64,000 nucleotides of DNA from an uncultured delta proteobacterium (GTDB lineage Bacteria; Desulfobacterota; RBG-13-43-22): assembly GCA_963843145.1 (NCBI GenBank), contig CAWJJC010000006.1, positions 91,998 through 155,997 of the forward strand, written 5' to 3'. The notes beneath the pieces were generated by a model, which was given only the letters and a program-made list of their open reading frames with translations, did not search any database and had not been told where the DNA came from. Every line of letters begins with the position of its first letter. Position 1 is the stretch's first letter. Position numbers and translations under genes: made by a program. Of the stretch, positions 31,554 to 42,067 are shown one piece after another.

Positions 31554-32249
31554 ATGGACGGACCATCCCCTCTTCCGCAAGGCCGTAATAAAGCCTTGCT
31601 CAAGGCGGTCATTTTTTTGGCCTTTATTCTTTTTTCCATTTATCTGGTCCGCTTCACCCCGCTAAAGAATGTCCTCTCCCTAAAGGTGCTGGGAGCCTAT
31701 TTCGACCGGGCCGGGTTTTGGGCCCCGGTGTTCTTTATCCTTTTCTATGCCGCCGGGATTTGTCTTTTTGTACCCGGAACCTTACTGACCGGGCTGGGCG
31801 CGGCGATCTTCGGGCCATACTGGGGATTCGCCTATGTCTGGATCGGCGCGATGATCGGGGCCGGCGCGGCCTTCTTTATCGGTCGGACGCTGGGTAGAGA
31901 TTTTGCCGCTTCGCTGATTGGCGATAAACTCAAGAAGTATGACGAGTCTATCGAACGCCATGGGTTTGCCACCGTGCTGTACCTGCGACTGGTCTATTTC
32001 CCGTTCACGGCCATGAATTTCGGCATGGGCTTAACCAAAGTCCACTTTGGGGATTATTGGTTGGGTACGGGTTTGGGCATTCTTGTCGGGACCTTCGTGT
32101 TTACTTTTTTTATCGGCACCTTGAAAGAAGTCTGGTCTTCGGGAAATTGGGCTGAGCTGATTTCTTTTAAGGTATTTTTTTCAATCGGACTGTTTATCTT
32201 TTCATTTTTCATACCCAAGTTCATCAAGAAACTGCGGCAAGAACCTTGA
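31554..32249 (+). CDS. TVP38/TMEM64 (VTT/DedA-like) membrane protein
   Basis: PGTLLT..GAAIFG, LRLVYFPF...NF..GLT. Confidence 0.85.
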   Translation: MDGPSPLPQGRNKALLKAVIFLAFILFSIYLVRFTPLKNVLSLKVLGAYFDRAGFWAPVFFILFYAAGICLFVPGTLLTGLGAAIFGPYWGFAYVWIGAMIGAGAAFFIGRTLGRDFAASLIGDKLKKYDESIERHGFATVLYLRLVYFPFTAMNFGMGLTKVHFGDYWLGTGLGILVGTFVFTFFIGTLKEVWSSGNWAELISFKVFFSIGLFIFSFFIPKFIKKLRQEP

Positions 32250-32332
32250 TCCACAAGCCCTTCTTAAAAGCCATCAAGCGTTTTTAATCCCCTACGAACG
32301 ATGTTCTCTGTGGCCACGTTGCCGGGGTACCC

Positions 32333-33022
32333 ATGTTTTTTCGAAGACCGTTTAAGATTACTCTGTTCGCTGGAATCATAGCCGCCGTCCTAGCCGGTCT
32401 ATTTCTACTGAGCGCCGTTTTATTCTGCGGCTTGATCCAGGGGCTCTCCTGGTGCCGATGGTGGCCCCATTTTTCCATCACCGAACTCATTGCGTTGATC
32501 AAATCCTCTGGGTTTTGGGGAGTAGGCGCCGCTATCGGTCTCATGGTGATTCATTCTTTTGTGCCCTTTCCGGCCGAATTCGTGGCCATAGCCAATGGGA
32601 TGGTCTACGGCCCGCTGTGGGGAACGGTGGTCACCTGGGTCGGGGCCATGACCGGCGCATTTTCAGCTTTCGGACTGGTGCGACTGTTGGGGCGCCCATT
32701 TGTCGACCGGATGCTGACGAAAAGGAAGATTCAGAAAGTTGACGAATGGACGGCTCGATACGGGGGAGGGATGATTTTAGTTAGCCGGTTCATCCCGGTC
32801 ATCTCCTTTAACCTGATCAACTACGTGGCGGGTCTTACCCGCATTTCCTGGTGGACTTTCGCCTGGACAACCGGCCTGGGAATTCTGCCCATGACCTTGC
32901 TGATGGTGGTCATGGGGGAGCAGATAAACAATTTGCCCTGGTGGGTCTGGCTGCTTTTACTGGCTGCCGGATTGGGAATATTGTTGCTGGTGCAACGAAG
33001 GTTTCATTCCACCGGTACTTAA
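32333..33022 (+). CDS. Second TVP38/TMEM64 membrane protein
   Basis: PFPAE.VAIANG.VYG, SRFIPVISFNLINY.AGLT. Confidence 0.85.
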   Translation: MFFRRPFKITLFAGIIAAVLAGLFLLSAVLFCGLIQGLSWCRWWPHFSITELIALIKSSGFWGVGAAIGLMVIHSFVPFPAEFVAIANGMVYGPLWGTVVTWVGAMTGAFSAFGLVRLLGRPFVDRMLTKRKIQKVDEWTARYGGGMILVSRFIPVISFNLINYVAGLTRISWWTFAWTTGLGILPMTLLMVVMGEQINNLPWWVWLLLLAAGLGILLLVQRRFHSTGT

Positions 33023-33125
33023 TGTATAGTGAGAATGTCACGGGGAAGATAGGGCGACGTCTCCTCTATTCTTTTTGGTTTCAAGCTCAAACTTGGCTTT
33101 CCGCCGCCGATTCAGGATAACCGCT

Positions 33126-34358
33126 ATGGCTCAAATTCGACAATGGCTTTCGCTTCTTTTGGATATCGGACTCTCGGGGCTTTTGGATATCCTCATCGTG
33201 ACCTTAGTGATCTACACCTTCCTGGTAGTCCTCAAGCGAACTCGTCGTTCGGGTTTGATTTTTACCGGGATCGTTATCGTTGGGGCCATATACCTGCTGG
33301 CCCGGAAACTCAATCTCTTGCTGACGGTGGACTTGTTGCAGGGCTTTTTTGCCGTAATTCTGGTGGCCCTGATCGTCATTTTTCAGGAAGATCTACGCTT
33401 TTTTTTCGAACGGATGGCGGCCTTATGGCTGCAAAGGGGTATGCCCGGTTATAAACGGCGCCGGACCCGTCTCCCTCGCCGGGAAGTGGAAATATTGGCC
33501 CGGACGCTGGGAGATCTGGCCCGGGGGAAAATCGGCGCGCTAATCGTCATTCGGGGAAAGGACTCGATCGCCCGGCACCTGGAAGGGGGGGAGGAAGTCG
33601 ACGGGCTGATCAGCGAATCCCTGTTGAAAAGTATTTTCGACCCCCACTCACTCGGGCACGACGGCGCCGTCGTCATCGGCGGCGGCCGTATCGAGAAATT
33701 GGGTTGTCACCTGCCCCTGTCCAACAATTTCGACCGATTGCCCCGCAGCGGAACTCGTCACGCGGCCGCCCTGGGAATATCGGAACGAAGCGACGCCTTA
33801 TGTATCGTTGTTTCCGAAGAACAGGGGACCATCTCCCTTGCCAGACAGGGTGAACTTAAATCTGTTTCCACGGCCTCGGAACTGGCATCTGCTCTCGATG
33901 CCTTTTACGAAGAAATTGATCCTTCCCCAAAAACCAGGTCCTGGACGGAAACACTTCGAAAAAATCATCGGGAGAAAGCCCTGTCTTTTGGTTTGGCGGC
34001 GGTCCTCTGGATTGTCGTGGGGTATGGATCCCAAACGGTCCAACGGACTTTTGAAGTCCCGGTCCATTACGGGGCCCTCCCCGGGAACCTGCTGGTGGCC
34101 GATATTGATCCCGGCAAGGTCGAGGTCACCTTTTCCGGCCATCGTCGGGCCTTCGCCTTTATCCGTCCCGACGACCTTAAACTCGAACTGAACCTCTGGG
34201 ATTTAGCCAAAGGGGAACACCATATTTCCATCAGCGCCCACGCCCTGTCTTTTCCTCCGGGGATGGATGTGGAGGATATTGAACCGCGCCGGGTGCGGCT
34301 GCTGATTGAGAGCAAGCCGCCGAAAAAATCACCAACCGAAAAAGAAACTAAGAATTGA
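33126..34358 (+). CDS. Membrane diadenylate cyclase (CdaA-like) fused to a YbbR-like domain
   Basis: 3 N-terminal TMs, IVIFQE.LR, GALIVI, HDGAVVI, GTRHAAALGISERSD, VVSEE.GTIS; extra TM plus beta-rich C-terminus. Confidence 0.85.
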   Translation: MAQIRQWLSLLLDIGLSGLLDILIVTLVIYTFLVVLKRTRRSGLIFTGIVIVGAIYLLARKLNLLLTVDLLQGFFAVILVALIVIFQEDLRFFFERMAALWLQRGMPGYKRRRTRLPRREVEILARTLGDLARGKIGALIVIRGKDSIARHLEGGEEVDGLISESLLKSIFDPHSLGHDGAVVIGGGRIEKLGCHLPLSNNFDRLPRSGTRHAAALGISERSDALCIVVSEEQGTISLARQGELKSVSTASELASALDAFYEEIDPSPKTRSWTETLRKNHREKALSFGLAAVLWIVVGYGSQTVQRTFEVPVHYGALPGNLLVADIDPGKVEVTFSGHRRAFAFIRPDDLKLELNLWDLAKGEHHISISAHALSFPPGMDVEDIEPRRVRLLIESKPPKKSPTEKETKN

Positions 34359-34427
34359 TCTTTTTGCCTGTGCAAAAGGGATTTTTTTTTTGAAGAAATT
34401 CTTTTGGGGCACGCAGGCCTACTTGCC

Positions 34428-35275
34428 TTAGGCCCTGGCCCGGCTGGAAAACGTAGGTAGACCCGATCGCGGGACGCCAAAAAGGAAGTCCGTGTTCTCG
34501 ATCTTCGGGAGGTTGATCGGGGAGGAGTAGAGGAACGGGCCTTTGGGATCCGAAGGGTTGGAGGCGCGCATCCCGGCCAGCTTTTCCTTCTGTGGAGCAG
34601 TCAGCGTCTCGCCAACTTCCGCGAAGGCGGTAGCATAGAAATACAACATCTCGCCATCCAACTCGCCGTAGCGTTTCGACAAAGACAGCACCCTGTCCTT
34701 GTTGACGCCGGTGAGTGAAGTACTGATGGAGTAGTCCTGTTTGCCCATGGCCGGGGCGGTCTTCAGGCCGAACCCACCGAAGTACATCCCGTGTCGCTCG
34801 GGGCAGAAGTAGACATCCGCCTCCACCGAACCGGCATTCCAACTGAACAGGTCGCCGGCATAGGTTATTACGGCCACGGCCGTGCCTTGAGGCAGCCCTG
34901 GCATCTTGCTCTTGATCTGGTCGTTCGTGATGTCAGGCCAGGAACTCCAGCCCTTCCCCTTCATGGCCTCCAGGTAGGCCTTCTGGGTGGAATCCAGGGA
35001 ATTAAGGATTTTGGCATAGAGCAGGGCGCGGTTGAAGCTGATTTGGCCGTTCAGGAGGTAGATGACATTGTTGGCGATCCGGGTCAGGAAGCTGGTATTG
35101 TGGCCATGTTGTCGGGGTCGTTGTCCCGCAGGTACTGGAAGCCGGTATAGTCGGCCACCTTGCCCGGGGGGAAGAAGGACTGGGCCTCCAGGTTTCCGGT
35201 CATCATGGCCAGGCCGGAAAAGGCCAAGGTGGTGCGCTGGGCCCCGTCGGAGAGGGTCTGGGCCAGGGTAAAGGC
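34428..35275 (-). pseudogene. Fragmented hypothetical protein
   Basis: Protein-like reading LAQTLSDGAQRTTLAF...YLRDNDPDNM...FLTRIANNV continues across frames into ORF 34428-34964; no clear start. Confidence 0.45.
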
Positions 35276-35359
35276 CGGCTGGTCCTCCGGAGCGATGATT
35301 TAATTGACTGTAGATTCAAACAGATATAGAGTTTTGATGACCTTCAAAGAAGAAGTAGT

Positions 35360-35824
35360 CAACGGCTACCTGGCCGACCTGAGGCAGGAGGGGGAAGAAA
35401 GGCTGGAGTTGGCCTACACCAAAGTGATCGCCTGCTCATCTTTAATTCCGGGGCCATCATCCTCTTGATCGGCCTGGGCATCCGCCGGGAGATGTATAAT
35501 ATGGCCTTGACGGCCTGGATCCGTAGCCAGGCCGAAAGAGCGGAACTGGTCCTGTCGATTTGCACTAGGGCGCTGCTGCTGGCCAAGGCCAGCCTGCTGG
35601 ACGGACTGGAGGCCACCACCCACTTCGGGGCGATCGACCTGCTCCGAGAAGTGGCTCCCCACACCCAGGTCAGTCCGGAAAAACGATTTACCGACAACGG
35701 GAAGGTCATCGTCTCGGTCGGAATCGATATGTCTCTTTATGTGGTCGTCAGGCTCCTGGGGGAAGCCGAAGCCCTGAAGACCGCCCGGTACATGGAATAT
35801 GATTGGAAGGGAATTGGTGGGTAA
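35360..35824 (+). pseudogene. Degenerate second copy of the membrane-protein + DJ-1/PfpI segment
   Basis: AACGGCTACCTGGCCGA..TGAGGCAGGA and ...GAAGCCCTGAAGACCGCCCGGTACATGGAATATGATTGGAA are shared with 29407-29940; SICT motif retained here. Confidence 0.7.
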
Positions 35825-36071
35825 AGTGTCCTTGCCCCTGACCAAACCCACTACCAGTCCTCCGTCGCCCGGACCGGCCTTATGAGGAGGGCGTCAGGGA
35901 CCCGCGAGGGCAGGACCCTTGCCCGCCCAAAATGCAAGGGGCATGACCGAGCACTTTTTTAAGCCCTTCCTGCCAAGCGGAGAATTCCACGTTCACTGCG
36001 GGCAATCCCTAAAAATTTGCCAATTTCCAGGCTTTAAATTACACCCGATGTATTGTATATTTCTGGTTCAT

Positions 36072-37520
36072 ATGGACATTATTGAAAAATTCAAAAAATT
36101 AATGGGGATACAACCGGTCAACATCGGGGAGCTCAATAAGAAGGCAACCCGGGAAAGTTCCTCTAAAGTCCAAATCCCGTCCGGAGATCCTTTGGAAGGG
36201 ATAGAAATCTCCGAGGAATATAAAAATGTCCAATCCCTGATAGAGGCCGGCTTTCCGGCCATTTTTGTTACTGGAAATGCGGGTACGGGCAAATCAACCC
36301 TAATCCAATACCTGAGAACCGTTTTGAAGATAAGATCGGTAGTCGTAGCGCCAACCGGGGTGGCCGCTTTAAATGTCGGGGGCGTTACCATTCACTCATT
36401 TTTCCGATTTCCTCCTAAAATTCTTGAAGACGACGATATAAAAATGGTTTTTGATAGAAAGCTATACCAAAAACTCGATTTGCTCATCATCGATGAAATA
36501 TCTATGGTCCGCTGTGATTTGATGGACAGCGTCGACAAATTCCTCAGAAAGAACCGTTCAAACAATCTGCCCTTCGGTGGAGTCCAATTACTACTTATTG
36601 GGGATTTGTTTCAATTGCCACCCGTTGTCCCCAGGTCGGAAGATAGTGTGCTTAAGGCCAAAGGCTATCCAAATTCTTATTTTTTCAGTTCCTTCAGCCT
36701 GCAAAAATGTTCAATGTTCCCAATTGAACTAAAATCTATGTACAGGCAATCGGACAACACCTTTGTAACCCTCTTAAACAGTATGCGGGTTGGTGAAAAT
36801 ATCGATTCGGTCACTCAGGAGATCAATTCCCGTTGCCATCGATCAGGAAATAAATCAGCCGATATTACTCTGTGCTGCACGAATAAAAAAGCCGACCAGG
36901 TAAACATGAGGGAGTTACAAACGATCACCGACAAAGAATATGTTTTTCAGGGGGAGATCAAAGGCCAGTTCTCCCTTGAAGAGGATAAGCTTCCTTCGCC
37001 AATGAATTTAAAGCTTAAAATCGGTGCTCGAGTGATGTTCACCAAGAACGACGAGAACCGGAGATGGGTCAACGGATCTCTCGGCATCGTCCGACATATT
37101 GATAGAGAATCGATTGAAGTTGAACTCGTTACCGACCACAAGGGTTCAATCTATGACGTGAAACGAGTAACCTGGGAGACATTCAAGTATTCTTATGATA
37201 CCGAAAGAGACCAGATCGTTGCCCATAAAGTCGGGGCATACGTCCAATATCCTTTGATGCTCGCCTGGGCCGTTACCATCCATAAAAGCCAGGGGAAAAC
37301 CCTCGAGAACGTCCTGATTGATTTAGGCAGCGGGGCGTTTGCCTCCGGGCAGGTCTACGTGGCGCTTAGCCGCTGTCGATCGATCGACGGGATCACCCTT
37401 GAACGACCGATACGGAACACAGACGTAAAATGCGATCCCATGATAAAAAGATTTTATTTTGCTATGGATGAAATGAAGCGGGCGGCGTCTGCGGATAAAG
37501 GGGGGAATACATTAGAATAG
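36072..37520 (+). CDS. PIF1-family (SF1B) DNA helicase
   Basis: GNAGTGKST, APTGVAA, IIDEISM, GDLFQLPP, AWAVTIHKSQGKT, YVALSR. Confidence 0.92.
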   Translation: MDIIEKFKKLMGIQPVNIGELNKKATRESSSKVQIPSGDPLEGIEISEEYKNVQSLIEAGFPAIFVTGNAGTGKSTLIQYLRTVLKIRSVVVAPTGVAALNVGGVTIHSFFRFPPKILEDDDIKMVFDRKLYQKLDLLIIDEISMVRCDLMDSVDKFLRKNRSNNLPFGGVQLLLIGDLFQLPPVVPRSEDSVLKAKGYPNSYFFSSFSLQKCSMFPIELKSMYRQSDNTFVTLLNSMRVGENIDSVTQEINSRCHRSGNKSADITLCCTNKKADQVNMRELQTITDKEYVFQGEIKGQFSLEEDKLPSPMNLKLKIGARVMFTKNDENRRWVNGSLGIVRHIDRESIEVELVTDHKGSIYDVKRVTWETFKYSYDTERDQIVAHKVGAYVQYPLMLAWAVTIHKSQGKTLENVLIDLGSGAFASGQVYVALSRCRSIDGITLERPIRNTDVKCDPMIKRFYFAMDEMKRAASADKGGNTLE

Positions 37521-37544
37521 AAATCCACTTTTTGTGGGCGGCGG

Positions 37545-37739
37545 TCATATCCTCGAAGCCTGCTTGAAATAAAGTTTGTGCAAGGCCGTTCCACCCCGAA
37601 AGGCCAGACTGGAGGCCAGATCTGAATTTTCGAAGATGGCCACCAAGGCCCGGCTCATGATCAGATCCTGTTCCACCTGGGCATCGGACACCCAGGGCGC
37701 CACCTGCCGCCAGGCCACGATATGGGCTTTAGGGATCAC
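37545..37739 (-). pseudogene. Truncated AbiEii nucleotidyltransferase toxin
   Basis: QVEQDLI.SRAL...LAFRGGTALHKLY, then stop after about 64 aa; GTGA overlap with abiEi. Confidence 0.8.
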
Positions 37740-38547
37740 AGGTCCCCCTCCACCGTCGTGTTGATCACGATACTCCAACGATTATCCCTGGGAGGTTCAT
37801 TAATGGTGGTTATACCGGGATCCAGCTTCACCAGAACCAGATGTTTTTTTACCAGCCAGCCGGCCAATTTTTCAACTACCTTCGAAAAGCCAGCCTTTTC
37901 CAGTAACCATCCGGCCCGTTGGGCATAGGACAGATTTCCATCCGCTTTGGCCGCCGCTAAAAGCTTGGAAGGGCCCACTTTCTCTCCCAACTCCTGGAGC
38001 ACGGTATAAACCCGGTCAAGTCCGCCGATCGACCTGGAGTAGCGTAACAGATCAAAAACAGTAGCCTCCGGTGTAGAAACCGGAGTAAACCAGTCTGGAC
38101 CTTGAATTGAGTTCTTGGGGTTTCCTCGAATCCGGTCTTGACAAAAAAGCGAATGGACTGGTTTTTTATCCGGATTTCCCGCAAGGGTTTAGTGGTGACC
38201 ACCTGAAACTGCTGCGGCCGTTGGTGGGCCGCCCCGTGGAAGACCGCGGCGCTAAGCAACCCCACATAAAAAGGTTGCCCGATATATTCCATCAGATCGC
38301 CAATAAACCATTCCGGGGGGATCAGTCCAGTGGCGGCATATTCCAGGGGAATGATAACGAAAAAGCCTCCATGGACCCGGCCGATTCTAGTTTTCTTGAC
38401 CAAACGGGCCGCCGCATGTTTAAAAGCGTCCTCGCTAAAATTTATGGTCTCCAGGGCTTCATCTCTGCTAAAAAAATAAAATCCCTGAGCCTGCCTGGAG
38501 TCCACCCAGCTTGACAAATCAGTATATTTTGTTTGTTCCCTATCCAT
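37736..38547 (-). CDS. AbiEi type IV TA antitoxin (indel near 38085)
   Basis: GFFVIIPLEY, YVGLLSAA.FHGAAHQRPQ.FQV, QRAGWLL, W.IVIN..VE.DL. Confidence 0.82.
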
Positions 38548-38711
38548 AATCCAAATTCCCGCCTGAAATAATCTTTGCAAATAGGATCACATATTAACCC
38601 AATTTGCAAATAATATTTATTAGATCAATGACCGGAAAAGAAGTGCAGAAACAAAAAAATCAATGCGTAGGCACGAAAAGGGAAGCAAGGCTGTTCAGTC
38701 TTGGCAGCCGT

Positions 38712-39071
38712 TCAGGTCCGGGTAACCACCGTCGAGACGACGGACGCGGCCCCCCAGAATTCCGCGCTGAACCGTTTAGCGTCCTCGATCTCGAACTCCC
38801 GGCAGGAAAAGATGTTCAGATAAACCGCCTGAAGCAAGGGCAGGGCGTGGCAGACCACATTGCTGGTCTCGATGAACTGGACGGCGGATATACCCTGGAG
38901 GTGGGGCAGGCCGCTATGGTCCTCCCAGAACAGCGGCTCGCCGTGCCGCGTCATTTGAATCAGCTCGCAGAGACGGACGAAGTAGTCCGTCAGCCTCTCC
39001 CGCGACAGGTCGGAGAGGTCACAGCCCTTCAGGTCCAGCAGGAGTTCAAGGCCATAGATTTTTGCATCCAT
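38712..39071 (-). CDS. S-adenosylmethionine decarboxylase-family protein
   Basis: G.ELLLDL.GC, GISAVQFIETS...H, NIFSCREF. Confidence 0.75.
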   Translation of the reverse strand: MDAKIYGLELLLDLKGCDLSDLSRERLTDYFVRLCELIQMTRHGEPLFWEDHSGLPHLQGISAVQFIETSNVVCHALPLLQAVYLNIFSCREFEIEDAKRFSAEFWGAASVVSTVVTRT

Positions 39072-39107
39072 TGTTTTCAAATATTTTTAGCTAGGGTTTA
39101 TGATTCA

Positions 39108-40109
39108 TCACGGATTATAGATCTCAGGGTTCAGGCAGTTCGGTGGTATCTTTCCCTGGAAGGCGGCGATCAGATTTTCGGCGGCCATCAGGCCCATTTT
39201 CGTCCGGGTTTCCACCGAGCCGCTGCCGATGTGGGGCAGGAGGATCACGTTGTCCAGGGAAAGTAGGGCGGGGTGAATGGCCGGCTCGTGTTCAAAAACA
39301 TCCAGGCCGGCTCCGGCGATCTGCCCGTTTATTAGGGCCTCCACCAAAGCCCCCTCATCGATCACCTCGCCCCGAGAGGTATTGACCAGAAAGGCCGTGG
39401 GCTTCATTTGGGAAAATTCCGCCGCGCCCATAAAATGTACCGTCTGCGGGGTGAGCGGCACATGGAGAGATACAAAATCCGACTCCCGCAGCAGGGTTTC
39501 TTTGTCCACCAGCCGGGCGCCTACCCGTTTTTCCAGTTCCGGATCCGCCCGCCGGTTATTATGGTAGAGGATGGTCAGGTCAAAACCCCGGGCCCGCCGG
39601 GCCACGGCCGAGCCGATCCGTCCGAACCCCATGATCCCCAAGGTCTTATGATGTACGTCCGCTCCCAGAAAGAGCAAGGGCGCCCAGGCTTGGAATTTCC
39701 CGGCCCGGGTATATTTATCGGCCTCCACCAGCCGCCGGGCGACGCCTAGAACCAGGGCCATGGTCAGATCGGCGGTAGTATCGGTCAGGACCCCCGGGGT
39801 GTTGGTGACGGCTATGTTACGTGCCGTGGCGGCCGGCAGGTCGATATTGTTGAAGCCCACGGCGTAGTTGGCGATCACCCGGAGCTGTGCCCCGGCGGCC
39901 TCCAGCACCTCGCGGTCGATCCGGTCGGTCAACAGCGGCAGCAACCCGTCCCGGCCTTTCACCTGCCGCAGAAGTTCTTCCCGGGAAAGACCCCGGTCCC
40001 CTGGGGGGCAATCCACCTCGAAGTATTTCTCCAGCAGTTCCATGACAGCCGTCGGAAGCTGCCGGGAAACCCAGATGTTCTTTTTCCCGAAACCGGTCTC
40101 CATCATCAC
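39108..40109 (-). CDS. D-glycerate dehydrogenase / glyoxylate reductase
   Basis: AVGFNNID, TNTPGVLT, GFGRIG, NTSRG, GLDVFEHEP, PHIGS. Confidence 0.92.
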   Translation of the reverse strand: MMMETGFGKKNIWVSRQLPTAVMELLEKYFEVDCPPGDRGLSREELLRQVKGRDGLLPLLTDRIDREVLEAAGAQLRVIANYAVGFNNIDLPAATARNIAVTNTPGVLTDTTADLTMALVLGVARRLVEADKYTRAGKFQAWAPLLFLGADVHHKTLGIMGFGRIGSAVARRARGFDLTILYHNNRRADPELEKRVGARLVDKETLLRESDFVSLHVPLTPQTVHFMGAAEFSQMKPTAFLVNTSRGEVIDEGALVEALINGQIAGAGLDVFEHEPAIHPALLSLDNVILLPHIGSGSVETRTKMGLMAAENLIAAFQGKIPPNCLNPEIYNP

Positions 40110-40124
40110 CTTTTAATCCCCCTA

Positions 40125-41000
40125 TTAATAATAGCCGACATTGATCAGGACAATCCCTAATATAATGATCAGCGACCCGATCACGTTTCGTCCCTCAATT
40201 TTCTCTTTTAGAAAGAGCACCCCTAAAAGGATGGCAAAAATAATGGCGACCTGGCGCACCGGAACGGCCAGGCTGACAAAAACTTCTTTCAAGGCCACGC
40301 GAAAGAAGAGGAACGAAAAGTAAAGCGTTATTCCCCCGCCTATACCCGCCTTCCAATAGGAAAGAATCTCCGGGATGATGGTTCGCTTTTTCCAGAAATG
40401 CCAATAGACCATCATATTGACCGTCATGAAACCGATGATAAAAAATAGATAGGTGGCGAGTGAAAACGAGGCAATCCGTGATTTGTCGAAGATGGCGCCG
40501 AAAGAATAGACAAAGGAAGCCCCCAGCGCAAAGCGCGCCCCGGCATATTCCTTGTGGAAACGGAGGATTTTTTTGAACTCTTTCAGGGTAACGGCGTGGA
40601 TTTTAACCAGGATCGCTCCTACGACCGTCAGCACGATGCCGGTCCCGGTCAGGAAGGAGATCGTCTCGGAAAGAAAGAAAAAGGCCCAGATCGGTATAAA
40701 GATAGGACTCAAAACCGTGAGTGGGTAAAGCGCTGAAATATTGCCTGATTCGTAGGATTTAGAAACCAGGATTTGATACTGGATATAGAAAAATGAAGCC
40801 CCGTAGACATAAGGGAGTTGGCGCCAGGGGACGGCGGCCAACCCGTCCGATGAAATAGCGATGGCCCCCGAAATCCCGGAGGCCACCACAAACATGGTAA
40901 GCAGGAACCCCTCGTCTCCGCCGGCCTTTCTCATCAGAAAGTTATAGAAAGCATGTAAAAAAGCGGAGAGGACGATAAACACAATGAATTGGAGCGCCAA
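40125..41000 (-). CDS. EamA/DMT transporter
   Basis: SAFLHA.YN, S.LYPL, 10-TM pattern. Confidence 0.8.
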   Translation of the reverse strand: MALQFIVFIVLSAFLHAFYNFLMRKAGGDEGFLLTMFVVASGISGAIAISSDGLAAVPWRQLPYVYGASFFYIQYQILVSKSYESGNISALYPLTVLSPIFIPIWAFFFLSETISFLTGTGIVLTVVGAILVKIHAVTLKEFKKILRFHKEYAGARFALGASFVYSFGAIFDKSRIASFSLATYLFFIIGFMTVNMMVYWHFWKKRTIIPEILSYWKAGIGGGITLYFSFLFFRVALKEVFVSLAVPVRQVAIIFAILLGVLFLKEKIEGRNVIGSLIIILGIVLINVGYY

Positions 41001-41063
41001 GAATGTCTTTCCTTAGTACGAAAATAAAATTTAAGGCCGCTATTTGGCCCTTTGTCCTAAGTG

Positions 41064-41191
41064 GTCATACCGGACCCCAGCTTACCACCTGCCGGGGCAG
41101 GCTTTGATCCGGTATCCAGGACCTCCGAAACTTATCCGAGGCTGGATTCCGGATCGCGTCACGCCGGCGGCGTGACTTGTCCGGAATGACG
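41064..41191. repeat. REP doublet (GTCAT.CCGG...ATCCAG / CTGGATTCCGG...CCGGAATGAC)
   Basis: Inverted pair of the same family as 12479. Confidence 0.7.
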
Positions 41192-41304
41192 AATCTTGGC
41201 CAATCGCTATTTTCACCCTTCCCGGGGGCTTAATATGGTTGCATCCCTTTTCGAAAAAAGATATAAAATTTTAAGGAAAATTATAAAGGTCGGGGAGGGC
41301 GCCC

Positions 41305-42037
41305 ATGAAACTCAGCGGAAAAATAATCGATCTTAGCCAAGAGATCTATCAGGGTATGCCGGTTTATCCCGGCCACCTGAAGACCGTGATTTGGACCCAT
41401 GCCTCCCATGAGGAGGTGGGCCGTCAGTTAGGCACCGGGTTTTCCTATGAGACCCGGGGCATCATGCTCTGCGACCACGGCCCGACCCACATCGACTCGG
41501 TCAGCCATCTCTGCACCGATCCGGATGCCCCCCCGGTGGACAAAATCCCCCTGGAGTATTGCATTACCTCCGCGGTCTGTCTGGACGTCAGCGATGTTCC
41601 CCGCAAGACCCAGTTCGGGCGGGAGAAGATCGAGGCCGAGCTGAAAAGGTGGAACCTGGAGATTCGGAAAGGGGATACGGTTCTTTTTTACACCGCGCAT
41701 TACGATCGTTATCTATGGAAAACCCGAATACATGACCGACTATCCGGGTTTGAACCGGGAGGCCACGGAATTCATTATTGACCAGGGATGCATCAATTTC
41801 GGCGTGGATTCCTCCAGTCCGGACATGTGGTACGACAAGACGTATCCTTGTCACACCGTCTGTTCCGAGCGACGGATTACCCACATCGAAAACCTGTGCA
41901 ACCTGGATCAGATCGTCGGGAAACGGTTTACCTTTGTCGCCCTGCCGCTCAAAATCCGGGGCGGGACCGGGTCCCCTCTCCGAGTGGCCGCCATCGTGTA
42001 CGAGGGGGAAGACGTTGCCTGGGATCTCCACTCCTAA
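41305..42037 (+). CDS. Cyclase / kynurenine formamidase-like metal hydrolase (indel near 41710)
   Basis: DLSQ.I..GMPVYPG, HGPTHIDS..H, GVDSSSPD, IENL.NL, LPLKI.GGTGSP.R. Confidence 0.85.
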
Positions 42038-42067
42038 CCCCCTTCTTTCGGTTTTTCCTTCCCGACC

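Noticed and set aside
33126-34358. CBASS-like cyclic nucleotide defence
   Set aside because: The enzyme is a DAC-family cyclase, not a CD-NTase, and has no effector neighbour
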